Source: a virus
Length of the DNA: 64,000 nt
Strand: one strand, 5' to 3'
IMG/VR virus record: IMGVR_UViG_3300042453_004434
Location: 32,001-96,000 of that record
Shown here: piece after piece, positions 38,682 to 49,047 of the stretch
Layout: the number at the start of each line of letters is the position of its first letter
Position numbering within the stretch: the stretch's first letter is position 1
Notes under the pieces: model-generated
What the model saw: the letters and a program-made list of their open reading frames with translations, nothing else
Databases searched by the model: none
Told to the model about the DNA's origin: nothing
Made by a program: the position numbers and the translations under genes

Positions 38682-38707
38682 AAAACCCCGCGATTGCGGG
38701 GTTTTTA
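38682..38707. terminator. bidirectional terminator
   Basis: AAAACCCCGC-GATT-GCGGGGTTTTT. Confidence 0.85.
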
Positions 38708-40215
38708 TTCTTCATTTATTTTTATATCTTTAAATAGATCGTCTTGCTTATTTGTATCTTCAATTTCTATTAAACAATCTGTGCATACAGAACAATAATC
38801 AAGATCCTCTAATAAAGTCGTCTCTTTACGACAGATATCGCACTTCTTCATTTGAATAAAACAAAAGCGGTTTTAAGGATTACCGCAAACCTTCCTATTT
38901 CTACTCCTACTTTTTAGGATCAGGTGCCCTATACACCTCTTGTTCTTTTGTATTTTCTCCTTCTGAATAATAAATTATTCCATTAATAGACTTGGCGCAC
39001 TGCAAAGCCCAATCATAAGCCTTATCCTTGCCAAAGGATAAATTATAAGCGGACTGATATGCACCATCCTTATCTCGAACAATATATCTTTTATTCATTA
39101 TTAGGAATTCTTAATTAGAACGTCATGAATCAAATGGCGAGTCTTAAAATCAAGAATTCTACCATTTTCATCTTTTGGAAGATCAGTAACTACCGAATCA
39201 AAATTCAAACCAAGCACAGAACTCATGCACTTGATCTTTCGATAGATGCCGATTTCCTTATACTTTAGAATCGACCACAACGTGTCGATTTGTTCAGGCG
39301 TAGCCTTGGTGATAGCATTCAACAAGACAACAGGTTGAGTAATAGTAGCAGTCTCATTCATATATTTAGTTTTATGTATTTGTACAATCGTACAAAATTC
39401 GGGTAAAGTATATTGTATGTTTATGTTAAAGTCAAGAGTTTTCTGTTATTTCGGGGATCTTATTTATCTTTAAGACTAAAATTAGGCATTCTTGCAATTT
39501 ATAAAATCGTAAATTCTCTAAAATTAGTTGTTTTGCGACTTCGTATTTGAAATCATCATTTAAAATATATTTAATTTGATCGTCTGATAATGAATCTGAT
39601 ATAATATCGAGAAACATTATATTTTTTAAACAGTCTAAACCGTCATAAGCTTTTATATCGTCAATTTTGACAGATACTATAAAAACATGATCATCATATT
39701 TCTCAAAAACACTCTTGATTTCTGGATACATTTATTCACCGATAGGCTTTAATTGAATAAGTACCTTACCGCCTTTACTATCGTCTTCCTTCATAACAAA
39801 ACATTGAATATAAATAGACTCTTGAATAAATCGAACATCTATTAATTGAATGCTCAATTGCTTATTATTTTCTGTTCTTAGTATTCCAAGTGGCGGAGCA
39901 TTAGCTTCAATATCTTTATACAAGCTCTCAATATTAACAATTTGATCTTGATATTCTTTCAAAAAAGATCCGCCTTCATTTGTGCCGACAATATTTAATT
40001 TAGCCTTCATGAATCGATAACTTGTGCCTCGATAATCTCGTTTTTAGGATTATCTAAAACTTGTTTTAGAATTTGAATAATCAAACGATCTTCTTTAGCC
40101 ATAGGCTTAAATGAAGATTCATTTTTAAAAATATTAGCCAAATCATTCAAATCATCATCGCCAATCTTAATTGTAACGCTTTTCATTATATAATAATATA
40201 TGAATTATTGATATT

Positions 40216-41166
40216 TTAAATACTTACAACGGAATTTTTTGAAAGAAACTGAATAAAGCCTTTATCTTTCTTTTTAACTTCAATTTCATATGTGCAATCT
40301 AAACCCATGTCTGGAGGAGGAATTGTTAACTTATCTGCATGTTTGAGCGTCCCATTAATTCCTTCGCTCCAATGAAATACAGGAGGAACGGGCCAAGTTT
40401 GATAAAATTTCATATAGTGTTTCTGATAAGGAATAACCTTACCATCTGGATCATAACTAGGATTGCATTCATCATGCAAATTATCTAAAGTTAATGGAAT
40501 ATGAAATGTATACGCAGCTTTCATAAACAAATGAAAATACTCGTAAAGATTAGAACAATTCCAGAATCCTTTGTCTTGATTTTCTAATACCAAGCGGTTT
40601 CTAACACCAATATCACATTGAAAAAAGTTAAGAATAAACTTTTTAACAAAATTTTCAGCACTAGAAAAATTTGACAAGCTAGGATGAATATTGATCGGAC
40701 AAGTAAAATCTTGAGGCATACGCATCATATCTAATACCCAAGCATGAAAATTTAATTCACGTATGGAATTAGCGCAAATATCATCTGATTCAGAACCAAG
40801 CACAACAAACTGATCAGGATGAACCGAAACAGATATATTTAATTCCTTGGCGGTTCTACCAATTTCAATTAACTTTTGCTCAATTACATTGAAATAAGGA
40901 AAAAGACTTAGATCGAGTTTGAGAGTTGGATCAGTTATAAGAGGAAACAATTTGCAAGAAATACGATAATGTTTGATTCCTATCTTTTTGCAGTGTTTAA
41001 TTGTTTCAATTGTAACAGTTAGATTATGTGAAATCCTACGGGAAAGTTCCTGTATAGACTCTTCTCTATCCTTTTTAAGGAATTGAGTGCGAGTCATGGT
41101 TTTGAACTTCAACTCAGGAGATTTTTCGCGCAAAAGTTCAGAGATACAAACTAGTCCAAGCTTCAT
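40216..41166 (-). CDS. uvsE: UV damage endonuclease
   Basis: LGLVC, YRIS..LFP, HPDQFVVL, NIH, RLVLEN, D..H, HWSE, HAD, E.K.KD. Confidence 0.9.
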   Translation of the reverse strand: MKLGLVCISELLREKSPELKFKTMTRTQFLKKDREESIQELSRRISHNLTVTIETIKHCKKIGIKHYRISCKLFPLITDPTLKLDLSLFPYFNVIEQKLIEIGRTAKELNISVSVHPDQFVVLGSESDDICANSIRELNFHAWVLDMMRMPQDFTCPINIHPSLSNFSSAENFVKKFILNFFQCDIGVRNRLVLENQDKGFWNCSNLYEYFHLFMKAAYTFHIPLTLDNLHDECNPSYDPDGKVIPYQKHYMKFYQTWPVPPVFHWSEGINGTLKHADKLTIPPPDMGLDCTYEIEVKKKDKGFIQFLSKNSVVSI

Positions 41167-41189
41167 AGGTGTGAACCTTATCAAGGAAG

Positions 41190-41882
41190 TTAAGTATTGT
41201 CAAGGCTTGAATGCTGAAATAAATTTTTATATTTATCTATATTATCTAAAGATGTAGCAAATCTTAATTTGTTTTGTTTTATTTTTTTATAAATAAGAGT
41301 TATTCCAAGCATTCTAGAAATAATAGGAAAATAATTAACCGTATATTTATCAAAACCTAAATCTAATAATACAGCAACAGAAATACCACCTATATTTAAA
41401 ATTAATTTTTTTTGTTTTGAAAAATTTAAACATTTATCAACTGTTGAACTTTTAATGTTTAATGATTTCATTTTCTGCAAAATAGCTTCAACTCTTGGAT
41501 CTTTATCTTTAAATATTGGATGTCCAAAACCGGGATAATAATCCTCATGAGTGGTAAAATTATTAATCATGAATTCGGCCATCTTTGTAAAACAAAAATG
41601 ATTGCCGCCAAAAGAATTTATGGCTGAAGATAATACCTGTGGATAATCTAAACCGCAACCTCCCATCATAAAAGCGATCATTGAACTAGCTGGCATCAAT
41701 TCGTTTATATCATATGTATGCAAAATATTTAAAATAAAATTCAATAGTTTTTTCTCGTTTTTTGTTAACTTTTTACTGCTTAATTTATCTATTGCAAAAT
41801 CATTAAACGATTTATTTAAATCCTTGTATGATAAAGTGATATGATTGGTTCCCGAATTGATCAACAATTTGTTTTTTTTCAT
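41190..41882 (-). CDS. citrate-synthase-fold / citryl-CoA lyase-like protein
   Basis: FGGNH, PGFGHP.FK.KDPR, LNIGG, DLGF, ISR..G. Confidence 0.7.
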   Translation of the reverse strand: MKKNKLLINSGTNHITLSYKDLNKSFNDFAIDKLSSKKLTKNEKKLLNFILNILHTYDINELMPASSMIAFMMGGCGLDYPQVLSSAINSFGGNHFCFTKMAEFMINNFTTHEDYYPGFGHPIFKDKDPRVEAILQKMKSLNIKSSTVDKCLNFSKQKKLILNIGGISVAVLLDLGFDKYTVNYFPIISRMLGITLIYKKIKQNKLRFATSLDNIDKYKNLFQHSSLDNT

Positions 41883-42282
41883 ATTGAGGTTTATATATTT
41901 CTAAAAGTTTTTCGAGTCCTTTTAGCGATGCTATATTGTTTTTTAATATGTAAGTTTCAATTTTATCGTATTTGTCTTTGAACTTTTCGATTGCAGCTAT
42001 TCGTAATTCATGGCTGTAACCTTTATTCCGATATTGAGATATTATATAAGTAAAACTTAACTCAACTCTTCTATTGTTAATATATATAATATAAAAACCA
42101 ATAGGCAAATCATTTTCATATAATATTAATATTGATTCATCATTTATACATTTTTTAAGATATTTTTTTAAAGATTCTGAATATGGTAATTTACTACCTG
42201 CTAATTCTATTTCAGCTTTTTTTACTAGATATTCAAAATCTTTTGAGTTAACAAACAATTTATAGTTTTCGATTTTGATCAT
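41812..42282 (-). CDS. GNAT acetyltransferase
   Basis: YI...YRNKGY, N.AS. Confidence 0.75.
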   Translation of the reverse strand: MIKIENYKLFVNSKDFEYLVKKAEIELAGSKLPYSESLKKYLKKCINDESILILYENDLPIGFYIIYINNRRVELSFTYIISQYRNKGYSHELRIAAIEKFKDKYDKIETYILKNNIASLKGLEKLLEIYKPQYEKKQIVDQFGNQSYHFIIQGFK

Positions 42283-42306
42283 AAAAAACCCCCATTTCTG
42301 GGGGTT
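42283..42306 (-). terminator. intrinsic terminator
   Basis: AACCCCCA/TGGGGGTT + U-tract. Confidence 0.75.
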
Positions 42307-42312
42307 AACTAC

Positions 42313-42654
42313 TTAATCTGTGATTTCAGGAATCTCATCATCATTTGATGGTTCCGGCTGCTTAACTTCCTTCTTTACAGGCTTTGGCTTTGCAGCGACA
42401 GCCTTTGGCTCATTTTCTGTATTTTGATCTTCAGATTTATATAGAATAAAATCAGGAGCGTTTTCGTTAGTCTTTGTTTTGTTTGAAAACATAATCACAC
42501 GCTCTTTAATTACATTTCCAAAAGGATCGATTATTGTAAGATAACCTGTCAAATAAGTGGTGCTTCCTTTTGTTTTTTTCCAAAAAGCGCCTTTTTCTCT
42601 TTTCTTCCAGTCACTCTGCTTTTCATTATTATTCATAGTATTCATAGTATTCAT
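42313..42654 (-). CDS. DUF736-like putative ssDNA-binding protein
   Basis: GAFWK...YL.G...N..K....PD., acidic tail. Confidence 0.6.
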   Translation of the reverse strand: MNTMNTMNNNEKQSDWKKREKGAFWKKTKGSTTYLTGYLTIIDPFGNVIKERVIMFSNKTKTNENAPDFILYKSEDQNTENEPKAVAAKPKPVKKEVKQPEPSNDDEIPEITD

Positions 42655-42890
42655 ATAGTTGTAACGCTAACGAGGCCAATAATATCAGAAACCTATGTCG
42701 TGTCAATCATTTTCTTCACTAAACTTCTCTAGCAATTCGATTTCGATAGCTATTCGTCGTCGTATTGCGGCTAATTCTTTTCTAGCTTGATTTAAAGTTT
42801 TTTTATCTTTTGAATGAATAAGTTTACGCATTATTTTATTTGATTCATCCTTTAAAAATTTTCCTGTTTTTAAATATAAATTTTTGGCCG

Positions 42891-43394
42891 TCATATTAAA
42901 GATTTGATAAATTCTTTATCCTTATCTATCCAAAATAAAATCTTATTTAAACTATCAATAGATAGTTGATTATATTTTATTCCTGAAAAATTAAAAATAT
43001 CCATATATTTGACATCAAGCGTTTCACTATTGGACTTTTTATATTGCTTGAGAAAATAAATTTCTTTTATTTTAGAAGCCGCGATTGTTTTGGCGCAATG
43101 AATGCATGGGCTATAAACCATGCAAGCATAATACGGTTGACGAGAAGAATATAAAATAGCATTTATTTCAGCATGATTAATCAAATCAGACTTTAATGGT
43201 CTATTTTGAATTATATCATCATGTGGTATTAATTGAGGAGCAAAACCATTGAAACCAGTTGAAACAGTTCGCCAATCTTCATCAAAAAGCACTGTTCCAA
43301 CTTGAGTATGTGGATCTTCTGATCTTGATCTAGCAGCTAAGGCTAGATAACAACCATATTCTGATTTAGTTAATCTTGTCTCTGTCAAATTCAT
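42891..43394 (-). CDS. dCMP deaminase
   Basis: RS.DP.TQVG, GFNG, HAE.NA, PC..C. Confidence 0.9.
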   Translation of the reverse strand: MNLTETRLTKSEYGCYLALAARSRSEDPHTQVGTVLFDEDWRTVSTGFNGFAPQLIPHDDIIQNRPLKSDLINHAEINAILYSSRQPYYACMVYSPCIHCAKTIAASKIKEIYFLKQYKKSNSETLDVKYMDIFNFSGIKYNQLSIDSLNKILFWIDKDKEFIKSLI

Positions 43395-44019
43395 AAAACA
43401 TTAGTTCATCATCACCAGCAGTCCATTTATATGCGTTTCCTTCACAGGTAAATTCTTTTGAAAAAACTTTCCAAGTTTTATAGTCATCCGGTAATTTCTT
43501 TGAAATCCAAGCGCCAGAATCTCTGAATAAACATCTATTGCTTGGTTGAGCAAACATCTGACCATTCTCGCCCCAAAATACATGAGCTAATTTATGGCCT
43601 CCTTGAACTTCTGAATAACCTAAATTATACTCTTCACTATTACACCAGTCAATAGTAAAAATATATTTACCAACAATCTTTTCTTTATTTTTAAGAATAA
43701 TAAAAGCATTACTATTTTTTAAATATTCAAATCTTGTAATGTTAAAATAATAACTATAACAATCCCATAACTGCAACCAATCTAATGGATAGATAGTTTC
43801 AGATTTTATTTTGCTTTTTAGATAATGAATAGGAACTCTTGTGAACTGAGCGCCGTATTCACTCATCACATTGAATAACAAGCATCTTCTTGAAAGAGAA
43901 GTTACAGAAAATATTTCAACTGGTAAATATTCATCTATAGTTCCAGCTTCTTCGTTTTTTAAAAACGATTTATCTAAATAAGCAAATTGTATTGGTATAT
44001 TCGCTTGAAGATAACTCAT
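43366..44019 (-). CDS. conserved phage protein
   Basis: YL.ANIP, LQLWDC.S, Y.FTIDW, HK, QP.NR. Confidence 0.8.
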   Translation of the reverse strand: MSYLQANIPIQFAYLDKSFLKNEEAGTIDEYLPVEIFSVTSLSRRCLLFNVMSEYGAQFTRVPIHYLKSKIKSETIYPLDWLQLWDCYSYYFNITRFEYLKNSNAFIILKNKEKIVGKYIFTIDWCNSEEYNLGYSEVQGGHKLAHVFWGENGQMFAQPSNRCLFRDSGAWISKKLPDDYKTWKVFSKEFTCEGNAYKWTAGDDELMFYEFDRDKIN

Positions 44020-44205
44020 TATTCACCTTTTTTAAAGCTATTCTTCAAATCCTTAAGCATGTCGTTAATTTTTTCTAAGCTTTTAACTCTATCTTTATAG
44101 AGATTTTCTGTTTTTTCTCTCTCATCATCAATCAAAGAAATTAAATTATTAATTTTCTTTAATGTGATTGTGGGTTTTGTTCTTTCGAATTCTGAAATAT
44201 TCATA

Positions 44206-44799
44206 CTATAATTTCTTATATAGAAAGTATTTACGCCATTCTTCTCTTATCTTGGTGGGTTTAGTAGGAAGAACTGGTATTGGCATTGGTACAGATGATA
44301 TAGCTTTATTCTTAACATTCAAGAAAGGATATATATCTTTTTTAATCTGATTGCATTTATGACAAGTTAAAGTAATGTTTTCTAATTCTTTTGTTCCGCC
44401 TTTGCTTTTAGGAAATAGATGTTCGATTGTTAGCTGGCTTTTATCAAATCTCTCATAGCAAATTTGACAAGTATAATCAAAAATCAAACATAATTTTTGA
44501 ATATTGAGAGTGCGCGGAGTTCTTTTTCTATTATAGAAAAAACTTTTTTTGATGACTGCAACGGTGGGAATGAACCAAATCTTATCTTTTGAAGTTAAAA
44601 AAGGCTGATCTTCATAGAATGAAAGCCCTTCGTTTCTAAACCATTCAAAATTATTATCTATTATATTTTCTGATGCATCAAAACATTTAATATTATTTTT
44701 AATTAAATGAATGAATGCGGCTCGCCCTGTTAAAAACGAATAGGGTAAAAAAGAATTATCTAATAATAATGTGGTTATCTGATTAGCATAACCTGACAT
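44206..44799 (-). CDS. HNH endonuclease (McrA-like)
   Basis: CQIC...TIEHLFPKSKGG...N....C..CN..K. Confidence 0.85.
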   Translation of the reverse strand: MSGYANQITTLLLDNSFLPYSFLTGRAAFIHLIKNNIKCFDASENIIDNNFEWFRNEGLSFYEDQPFLTSKDKIWFIPTVAVIKKSFFYNRKRTPRTLNIQKLCLIFDYTCQICYERFDKSQLTIEHLFPKSKGGTKELENITLTCHKCNQIKKDIYPFLNVKNKAISSVPMPIPVLPTKPTKIREEWRKYFLYKKL

Positions 44800-44841
44800 A
44801 GGTGCAATATATCATGCCTAATGAAAAATGCAAGCTTTTTG

Positions 44842-45444
44842 TTAATTATGTTTAATTATATTATTTAATGTTCCTATATAATTACCGTCTTCCTGTCTGT
44901 GAGCTACTATTTTCGCTTGAAAAACATTGTTTTTACCATCTATAATTTTAACAGTATGTTCAAAATTTCGTTTGCTTGATACTGCTAAATACCAATCGTT
45001 TGCTATATCATTTCTTGTATCTTCATCTAAAATATTAATCCAATTATTATCTTTTAAATCTTTGAAACCTCGATCAGTTAATCTAATAAAAGAATCATTT
45101 ACCCAAGTGAATTTGCCTTGTTTATTTGTTTCAAAAATAGGTTCGCTTCTATTATCAAGCATCCATCTTTGCCTATTTAAAATAGTTGTTGTTAATTCTG
45201 TATTAGATTTGACATCAGATTTTATATTGTTTACTAAATCTTTTAAAGATGTTCCTGAGTTATAAGTTAACTCTTTTTTAATTTCTTTTATTTCTGTTCC
45301 GATACTTTCTACATGATCAGTTAAATTTGTATAAGGCTGTAATTTCTTCATTGCTTTACATATAAAAGCATAAATTAAACCTGTTGATGTTAAAAAACTT
45401 AATATATCACCAATATGATTTAAAAGAAAATTTAAAATAAACAT
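44842..45444 (-). CDS. membrane-anchored PAS-domain protein
   Basis: N-terminal TM, ELT.NSG.SLKD, then G..TWVN..F..LT......L....W...L...W PAS pattern. Confidence 0.7.
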   Translation of the reverse strand: MFILNFLLNHIGDILSFLTSTGLIYAFICKAMKKLQPYTNLTDHVESIGTEIKEIKKELTYNSGTSLKDLVNNIKSDVKSNTELTTTILNRQRWMLDNRSEPIFETNKQGKFTWVNDSFIRLTDRGFKDLKDNNWINILDEDTRNDIANDWYLAVSSKRNFEHTVKIIDGKNNVFQAKIVAHRQEDGNYIGTLNNIIKHN

Positions 45445-45445
45445 A

Positions 45446-46402
45446 TTAATTATTTTTCCATTTTTGTTCTACTAGTATTTCATTTACAGTATTTTTATCA
45501 GATTGATCCATATCAATTGATAATTTTGTTAAAAAGTCATTTAAACTAAATTCATCGCCGTCTTTTAGATCTTCTTTTACTTTGAATTCTTGAATGACAT
45601 CAACTATTTTAGTTAATGTTGTTTTATATTTAACCATATCGTTAGTTTTAACGAGACTGCATAAACTAAAAGCTTGAGGCGTGAGTGTTTTAAATAAACT
45701 AATTATAAATGAACCTATGATATTAAAAATGGAAAATGCAGCAGCAGCTATCGGATTAGTTGCTGAAGCGATTCTTAAAATTAAAAATATAATTGCAAAT
45801 ATAACTATCCAAGTTAATGTTGTAAAAAAGAATTTTTTCAGTCCCCAAAATACAGCATTTAAACCCATAAGACCACTCATCGAATCTAGAGTGGTTTGTT
45901 TTTCGTCTGATTTTTTCGCCACTTCTTTAGATTGTGCGATTAATTTTTCTATTTGAGCGTCGTATTTTTTTTCTAATTCACTTTTTTGTGTTTGAAGCGC
46001 GGTTATTTCTTTATCTTTTTCTATTAGTATTTTTTCTCCTTTAGATCGTTCGTTGTCTATTTCGGAATTTAAATAATCAACTAGTTTGCGAATTCTTTCA
46101 CTTTCTTTTAAATTCGGAGCACCGACTATTGCGACTACTCTATCGTTCATTCTGCCTGCTGTTATTACTTCAACAGAAGGATTCTGAACTTGATTTAATG
46201 AGTAGCCTACTCCGTATGCATAAGCAGCGGTTTGTTTTAACTGTTCATTGGAATTATTTTGAATAGCTTTATCGATATCTAAAGCCTTTTTCTCTTCTTT
46301 TATAATAGCTGTTTGACTGACTGTATTAGCTTTAGTACCGCGAAGTACGGCGCATCCGCTTAAAATAATACAGCTTAAAGCTATATAAAAATACCTATGC
46401 AC
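45446..46402 (-). CDS. lipoprotein with coiled coil and C-proximal TM helices
   Basis: lipobox LSGC, long coiled coil, hydrophobic helices. Confidence 0.7.
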   Translation of the reverse strand: MHRYFYIALSCIILSGCAVLRGTKANTVSQTAIIKEEKKALDIDKAIQNNSNEQLKQTAAYAYGVGYSLNQVQNPSVEVITAGRMNDRVVAIVGAPNLKESERIRKLVDYLNSEIDNERSKGEKILIEKDKEITALQTQKSELEKKYDAQIEKLIAQSKEVAKKSDEKQTTLDSMSGLMGLNAVFWGLKKFFFTTLTWIVIFAIIFLILRIASATNPIAAAAFSIFNIIGSFIISLFKTLTPQAFSLCSLVKTNDMVKYKTTLTKIVDVIQEFKVKEDLKDGDEFSLNDFLTKLSIDMDQSDKNTVNEILVEQKWKNN

Positions 46403-46435
46403 ACAAACTTTTACACAAAAAAATAATAAAATAGA

Positions 46436-47725
46436 TTAAATAAATTCTCGATAATTTAGACCACCATATACTACTGAATTAGATGATCCCAATGGAGCAC
46501 AAGCTAATACTAATACATCTCTTAAACCTGTAATAGAAGAACCTAATTTTAATAATGATTTCAACGATTCAGCTGCTGTATCTGTTTTTGCTTGAGCATA
46601 ACCACCAGCTATAACATAACCTCCAGAAATATGAGTTTCATTTGGAGCAATAGCAAATTCTAGAGAAGAATTATTAGCTGTGGTATATGTTAGACCATTT
46701 ATGCCAGATGGGTTTAATATTAATTTCCACTCATAATTATCATTACTTGTTGTAATTAAAGAAACATCAAGTATATCAATTGTTGTTCCAATCCATCCTG
46801 TTTTTAATCGAGTTGCTAAAACGGCATTTACAAAATTTTTGGTTGCAGTAACAGAAATACCACCGGTTGAAACATACCCATTTGCAGCAACTTCTTCTCT
46901 TCCTCCTTCAGAAATTACAGTTGAACAAATACATTCAATAGATGAAGCAACACCATTTCCATTATTTTCTATCTGATATCTTAAAGGCAAATTAGGAGTT
47001 GACATGTATACAGAATCTTTATTATTTGCATTTAAAAATTCATGACAATAATAAGTTACTCCATCTACATTAAATCCTAATCTTACTCTGCCAACACCTA
47101 GCCATTCAAAATCTATAACTAATATTTGAGTTTTAGAAAAATCTAAATCAACTCCGCTAGGTCCATTACCTTGCATTTGATCAATATTCCAATTAGCTTG
47201 AGTCACTGTTGTATCAATAGCTGAACCTGTAACATATGATCGTAATACAAAACTAATAGTTGAACCAGATCTTTGTAAAAATATACCATTTTGATCATCA
47301 AAGTACCCCATTCTTGTAGTAATTCCTGTTCCACCTCCAGTTCTTTTTAATATGCCAGTCATCATTACAAGCTGTGCTTTACCAGCTTGATAATTAAAAC
47401 GCATAAATGTTTGGCGAGTTCTTTTACCTGCTGTATTAGCACTAACGGATAAAGTTGAAGAAGCTCTATTTATATCGTATGTACTAGTAGTTCCTGATCC
47501 ACTTTCTTGTATATCGTCCCAATAAATTGATTGATTATCAAATATCTGTTTACTATTAAATATCATTTCAGGATTTGATACTCTTTGTCTGCCAAAAGCA
47601 TCAATACCTGCTGGGCCGCCAGCAAAATCAAAATTTGTAAAAGGTCGATAAAACTCTCTTGTTTTATCGTAAATAAGAGTACAATTTACGTTTTGAGGCG
47701 CTTGAGTTGCGAATAATTCAGCCAT
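46436..47725 (-). CDS. putative virion structural protein (beta-rich)
   Basis: DAFGR.RVS.P, YQ.GK, ID.EWLGVGRVR.GF, PNLP.RY. Confidence 0.7.
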   Translation of the reverse strand: MAELFATQAPQNVNCTLIYDKTREFYRPFTNFDFAGGPAGIDAFGRQRVSNPEMIFNSKQIFDNQSIYWDDIQESGSGTTSTYDINRASSTLSVSANTAGKRTRQTFMRFNYQAGKAQLVMMTGILKRTGGGTGITTRMGYFDDQNGIFLQRSGSTISFVLRSYVTGSAIDTTVTQANWNIDQMQGNGPSGVDLDFSKTQILVIDFEWLGVGRVRLGFNVDGVTYYCHEFLNANNKDSVYMSTPNLPLRYQIENNGNGVASSIECICSTVISEGGREEVAANGYVSTGGISVTATKNFVNAVLATRLKTGWIGTTIDILDVSLITTSNDNYEWKLILNPSGINGLTYTTANNSSLEFAIAPNETHISGGYVIAGGYAQAKTDTAAESLKSLLKLGSSITGLRDVLVLACAPLGSSNSVVYGGLNYREFI

Positions 47726-47806
47726 AAATTTATTTACACTTTAAAATAAAAAAAGACAAGAAATTAATCTTGTCTTTAATTCTTCACGTTTATTATATTA
47801 TTGAAA

Positions 47807-48265
47807 CTAAATTATTCCAGCTTCAGCATATGATATTTGCGCGATTTTATTATCTATCAAAATTTTTCTATTTTTCAGATGTTGAGGCTTAACTAATTCT
47901 TTATTTTCTCCATTGTATGCAACTGCAAAACTATTAGCGATTAACCAATCATTCAAACAGATTTTATTAGAATTATAAACACGGCCTAGAATTCTGCCAA
48001 ATTTATCACCGTTATCTTTATCATACAAAGTCTGAATAATTAAATTTTCTTTATCGCTGTTTTTCATAAAATCTTCAACAGCTTTTCGGCTTAAATTTGC
48101 AAAAACTTTTTCTATTTTATCTTTTGATTTGCTTTCTGGAGTATCAAGACCAGATAATCTGATATTTTGATCTCTAAGCACAATGCTAAATCCTAGATCT
48201 ATATCTACAATTATTGTATCACCATCTATTACTTTTTTAAGTCTGGCTTTGTATTCGTAGGGCAT
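47807..48265 (-). CDS. thermonuclease (SNase) family
   Basis: VIDGDT, IRL.G.DTPE, KFGR.LG. Confidence 0.9.
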   Translation of the reverse strand: MPYEYKARLKKVIDGDTIIVDIDLGFSIVLRDQNIRLSGLDTPESKSKDKIEKVFANLSRKAVEDFMKNSDKENLIIQTLYDKDNGDKFGRILGRVYNSNKICLNDWLIANSFAVAYNGENKELVKPQHLKNRKILIDNKIAQISYAEAGII

Positions 48266-48360
48266 TCTTTATCCTTCTTTTTCCAGTTAATTGAATCGTA
48301 ATTATTTTTAAAATCTTTACTGAAACAATTTCTTGGTTTACTTCCTTTTCCTGCGCTCAT
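48229..48360 (-). CDS. small phage protein (GKGSKPR type), not in ORF track
   Basis: MSAGKGSKPR...NYD.I.W. Confidence 0.6.
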   Translation of the reverse strand: MSAGKGSKPRNCFSKDFKNNYDSINWKKKDKECPTNTKPDLKK

Positions 48361-48704
48361 TTATATCCTCCATTATTTGTTTTCTTTTATCTTCAGAATA
48401 GAAAGACCAGTTCGTTATTTCTTGTCTCGTTCTTTGACAAGCATAACAAACATCATTTAATAATTTACAAACTCTTACGCACGGAGTTGATATCTTAGCA
48501 GCAGTGTCCATGTTTATCGGTTACATGATTTAATTGATATTTTGTATCTGTAACATTATACAATTTAGTATAACATTTTTGTACAAGTTGATCGATTTCT
48601 TTAACGAGAAATGCAGTTTTTTGATCTGGATTTACATTATAGATATCGTCAGATAGTTCTTGAACGATTTTTTTAATTTCTTCTAATTTATTTTGCATTG
48701 AAAG

Positions 48705-48778
48705 TGGCTGCCCGAACTGGATTTGAACCAATACAAAAGCATCCAAAGTGCTCTGTGCTACCGTTACACCATCGGGCA
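48705..48778 (-). tRNA. tRNA-Gln(TTG)
   Basis: TGCCCGA/TCGGGCA acceptor, GAGCA-CTTTGGA-TGCTT, CCA. Confidence 0.95.
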
Positions 48779-49047
48779 GTTAAAATTATTTAAGTTTTTC
48801 TATTTCAAAGCATCCAAAACCTGCTTGATGCTCAAATGTCAATAAACCATATCTTTTACTTTTTGGATTTAAACAAACGCCAAAATCCATATCAGCTCCA
48901 TCATACTTATTATTATATAATGGATTGAAAAATTTACAACCACAACTGCAATCTAAATAATTATTATCTGGATCGGCCCAGCGAGTTATTTTACCGCCAT
49001 AATCCACATAATCAGTATCTAGCGTTTTACACGCATCTAAAAGAAGG

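Noticed and set aside
48699-48746. N-terminal extension of ORF 48495..48746
   Set aside because: Lies within tRNA-Gln; likely start is ATG at 48698
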